The notes beneath the pieces were generated by a model. The model saw only the letters and a program-made list of their open reading frames with translations, searched no databases and was not told the origin of the DNA. Shown here in pieces: positions 46,902 through 49,433 of a DNA stretch of 49,433 bases; position 1 is the stretch's first letter; each line of letters opens with the position of its first letter. Position numbers and translations under genes: made by a program. This DNA comes from Octopus bimaculoides (taxonomy: Eukaryota): NCBI RefSeq assembly GCF_001194135.2, contig NC_068981.1:143315128-143364560 (forward strand), given 5' to 3'.

Positions 46902-48025
46902 AACTTTCTTTTATTAGCCACACAGGGCTGCACACAGAGGGGACAAATACAACTGTAGAGCTTTTCTTTTAAAAAAAAAAGGGTAAAATAAAAATTAACA
47001 AATCCGATCAAAAGGGATCGGTAGGNNNNNNNNNNNNNNNNNNNNNNNNNNNNNNNNNNNNNNNNNNNNNNNNNNNNNNNNNNNNNNNNNNNNNNNNNNN
47101 NNNNNNNNNNNNNNNNNNNNNNNNNNNNNNNNNNNNNNNNNNNNNNNNNNNNNNNNNNNNNNNNNNNNNNNNNNNNNNNNNNNNNNNNNNNNNNNNNNNN
47201 NNNNNNNNNNNNNNNNNNNNNNNNNNNNNNNNNNNNNNNNNNNNNNNNNNNNNNNNNNNNNNNNNNNNNNNNNNNNNNNNNNNNNNNNNNNNNNNNNNNN
47301 NNNNNNNNNNNNNNNNNNNNNNNNNNNNNNNNNNNNNNNNNNNNNNNNNNNNNNNNNNNNNNNNNNNNNNNNNNNNNNNNNNNNNNNNNNNNNNNNNNNN
47401 NNNNNNNNNNNNNNNNNNNNNNNNNNNNNNNNNNNNNNNNNNNNNNNNNNNNNNNNNNNNNNNNNNNNNNNNNNNNNNNNNNNNNNNNACTGTGTCTCCA
47501 TTCTCACCTTCCTTTTCAAGTGACACTTGAAAAAGTTGATGAGCGATTGGCCAGAGAGGTAAGTTTTCGTCTCTAATCCTTTCGCTCGGGTCCACCACAC
47601 ACATTCTTTCACCATGGCCACCAATATGATGAACACTGCCTTGCCTTCCCTGTTGAGAGACGGTGGCGGAGCAATTTGCACAATAGACTCGGCTGAGAGG
47701 CGGACTCGTCCCACACGTGACAGCAGCCGTTCGGCATAAGCCCACAGGTCGGAAATCTTTGGACACTGCACGAGTGCGTGCAGGACGGTTTCGTCGCTCT
47801 GACCGCATCTCGGATAGGTTGGTCCGGTGTGTCTCGAACCGTCCCTGTACAGCTTATCCCGAACGGGTAAAGCTTCTCGATAGCACTGCCAGGCCAGGGA
47901 TCTCTGGTGGTTGTCCATAGGTCCCGGCCCGAAAGTTGTCCTGAACAGGCGGGTCAGGTGTTCCTCGTCGACGCCCAGATTCTGCCCGAGATCGTCGTCG
48001 CACCTCCCCTCCACTAATCCTCTAT
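46902..48025 (-). mobile_element. Tx1-like LINE: ORF2 C-terminus (zf-RVT region) and 3' end (spans a gap)
   Basis: QRSLAWQCYREALPVRDKL...PRCGQSDETVLHALVQCP...LWAY...KECVWWTR...FFKCHLKRKVRME matches the zf-RVT/CCHC region of L1/Tx1 ORF2 (47490-48025). The AATAAA-containing end is at 46909-46928; continuity across the gap is inferred. Confidence 0.8.
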
Positions 48026-48528
48026 NNNNNNNNNNNNNNNNNNNNNNNNNNNNNNNNNNNNNNNNNNNNNNNNNNNNNNNNNNNNNNNNNNNNNNNNNNN
48101 NNNNNNNNNNNNNNNNNNNNNNNNNNNNNNNNNNNNNNNNNNNNNNNNNNNNNNNNNNNNNNNNNNNNNNNNNNNNNNNNNNNNNNNNNNNNNNNNNNNN
48201 NNNNNNNNNNNNNNNNNNNNNNNNNNNNNNNNNNNNNNNNNNNNNNNNNNNNNNNNNNNNNNNNNNNNNNNNNNNNNNNNNNNNNNNNNNNNNNNNNNNN
48301 NNNNNNNNNNNNNNNNNNNNNNNNNNNNNNNNNNNNNNNNNNNNNNNNNNNNNNNNNNNNNNNNNNNNNNNNNNNNNNNNNNNNNNNNNNNNNNNNNNNN
48401 NNNNNNNNNNNNNNNNNNNNNNNNNNNNNNNNNNNNNNNNNNNNNNNNNNNNNNNNNNNNNNNNNNNNNNNNNNNNNNNNNNNNNNNNNNNNNNNNNNNN
48501 NNNNNNNNNNNNNNNNNNNNNNNNNNNN

Positions 48529-49433
48529 AGTCGTTTTCGTGTTCCCTTCTTCTTGTGGGGTTGTTGTTGTTGTTGGTGGTGGTGATGGTGCTGCTTCTGT
48601 TCTTGGTGGTACTGGTGGTGTTGTTGTTTGGTTCGGCTGGCTTGCTGGCTGCTGGCGATTCTCCATTTCGTTGTACAGCTGCTTGACCGGTTGTGCATAT
48701 GGCGGTGTGGGCAGTAATGCCGGTTTTTTCTTGTGGTTGCTGTTGTTGTCTCTCTTGGTATTGTTGACGTTGTTGTTGCCTTTGCTCCTGGGCTACTGGG
48801 CATGTGATTCGAAGGTGAGTTTTCCTACTACAAACGTAGCAAACTGGCCTTCTGCCTTCGACGGCAACATGGAAACTTGAATCCTCTGTTAATTGGATTC
48901 TGTGTGGAATTTTCTCATAATTTGCTGGATCAACTTGTACCAGGAGTTGAAATTCCTGGCCAATCCAGTTTTCATTGTACACGGCAGTAGCTTCTAAAAT
49001 GTTTATTTGCTCCTCTATGCCGAGACATATGGCAGATACGAGCCATTCTTCCTCAATTTCAGGAGGCACATTCGAAATCTTTTACTTCGTAACCCTACGA
49101 CCAAGGTACGTAGGGATCATGAGCAGGTCCTCGTGTTGTAATGACTTTGTGGAGAGGTTCTTGGCTCGCTGCTCGCTGTCGAATCTTACCTCTATTGTTG
49201 CGAACTTCGTTCCTCTCGTTATATAAGTTTTATAAGACAATAGGGGCCTTGGGCACTTATCAACCTTTTCTTGAGTGAATTTTTCGGGAGTCTTTGTCTT
49301 TATATTTATGGTTCTGTAGATGATAGGTTTTTTTTCTATATTTATTTTAAAGTCCGCAGTTGTTTGAAGATCGACTGTAATGTCCTTTTTACTTAGCATG
49401 CTTTTGCATGCGAGTAATTTCTCTTTCGATATA
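48529..49433 (-). mobile_element. Tx1-like LINE ORF1 (gag-like CCHC zinc knuckle), one in-frame stop, runs off the window edge
   Basis: About 300 codons in one frame: ...IEVRFDSEQRAK...PTYLGRRVTK*KISNVPPEIEEEWL...VEGRRPVCYVCSRKTHLRITCP (C-x2-C-x4-H-x4-C), then a Q/T-rich tail. Co-oriented with and upstream of the ORF2 fragment. Confidence 0.75.

Overview
AT-rich, gap-ridden (many N runs) metazoan genomic DNA, dense in microsatellites and decayed transposable elements. The SINE and retroelement families look like octopus (coleoid cephalopod) repeats; this is recognised from memory, not from a search. No host protein-coding gene could be identified with confidence, and most ORFs in the track are translations of microsatellites or gaps. 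Supported elements: two Penelope-like (PLE, GIY-YIG) families in three fragments, a Tx1-like LINE (ORF1 zinc knuckle, ORF2 C-terminus, 3' end) plus related 3' ends, two R4/Dong-like 3' fragments, a CR1/L2-like fragment, an internally deleted mariner with both TIRs, two TA-flanked MITEs and three tRNA-headed SINE families. Most interesting signals: (1) non-canonical minimal hammerhead-ribozyme-like motifs in two PLE tails; (2) retroelement ends sitting on family-specific microsatellites, (TATC)n for Tx1-like and (TAA)n for Dong-like; (3) three local inverted duplications, each with about 0.92-0.95 kb between the arms; (4) a decayed Thr/Ala/Ser-rich coding-like stretch near 38.7-41.8 kb.
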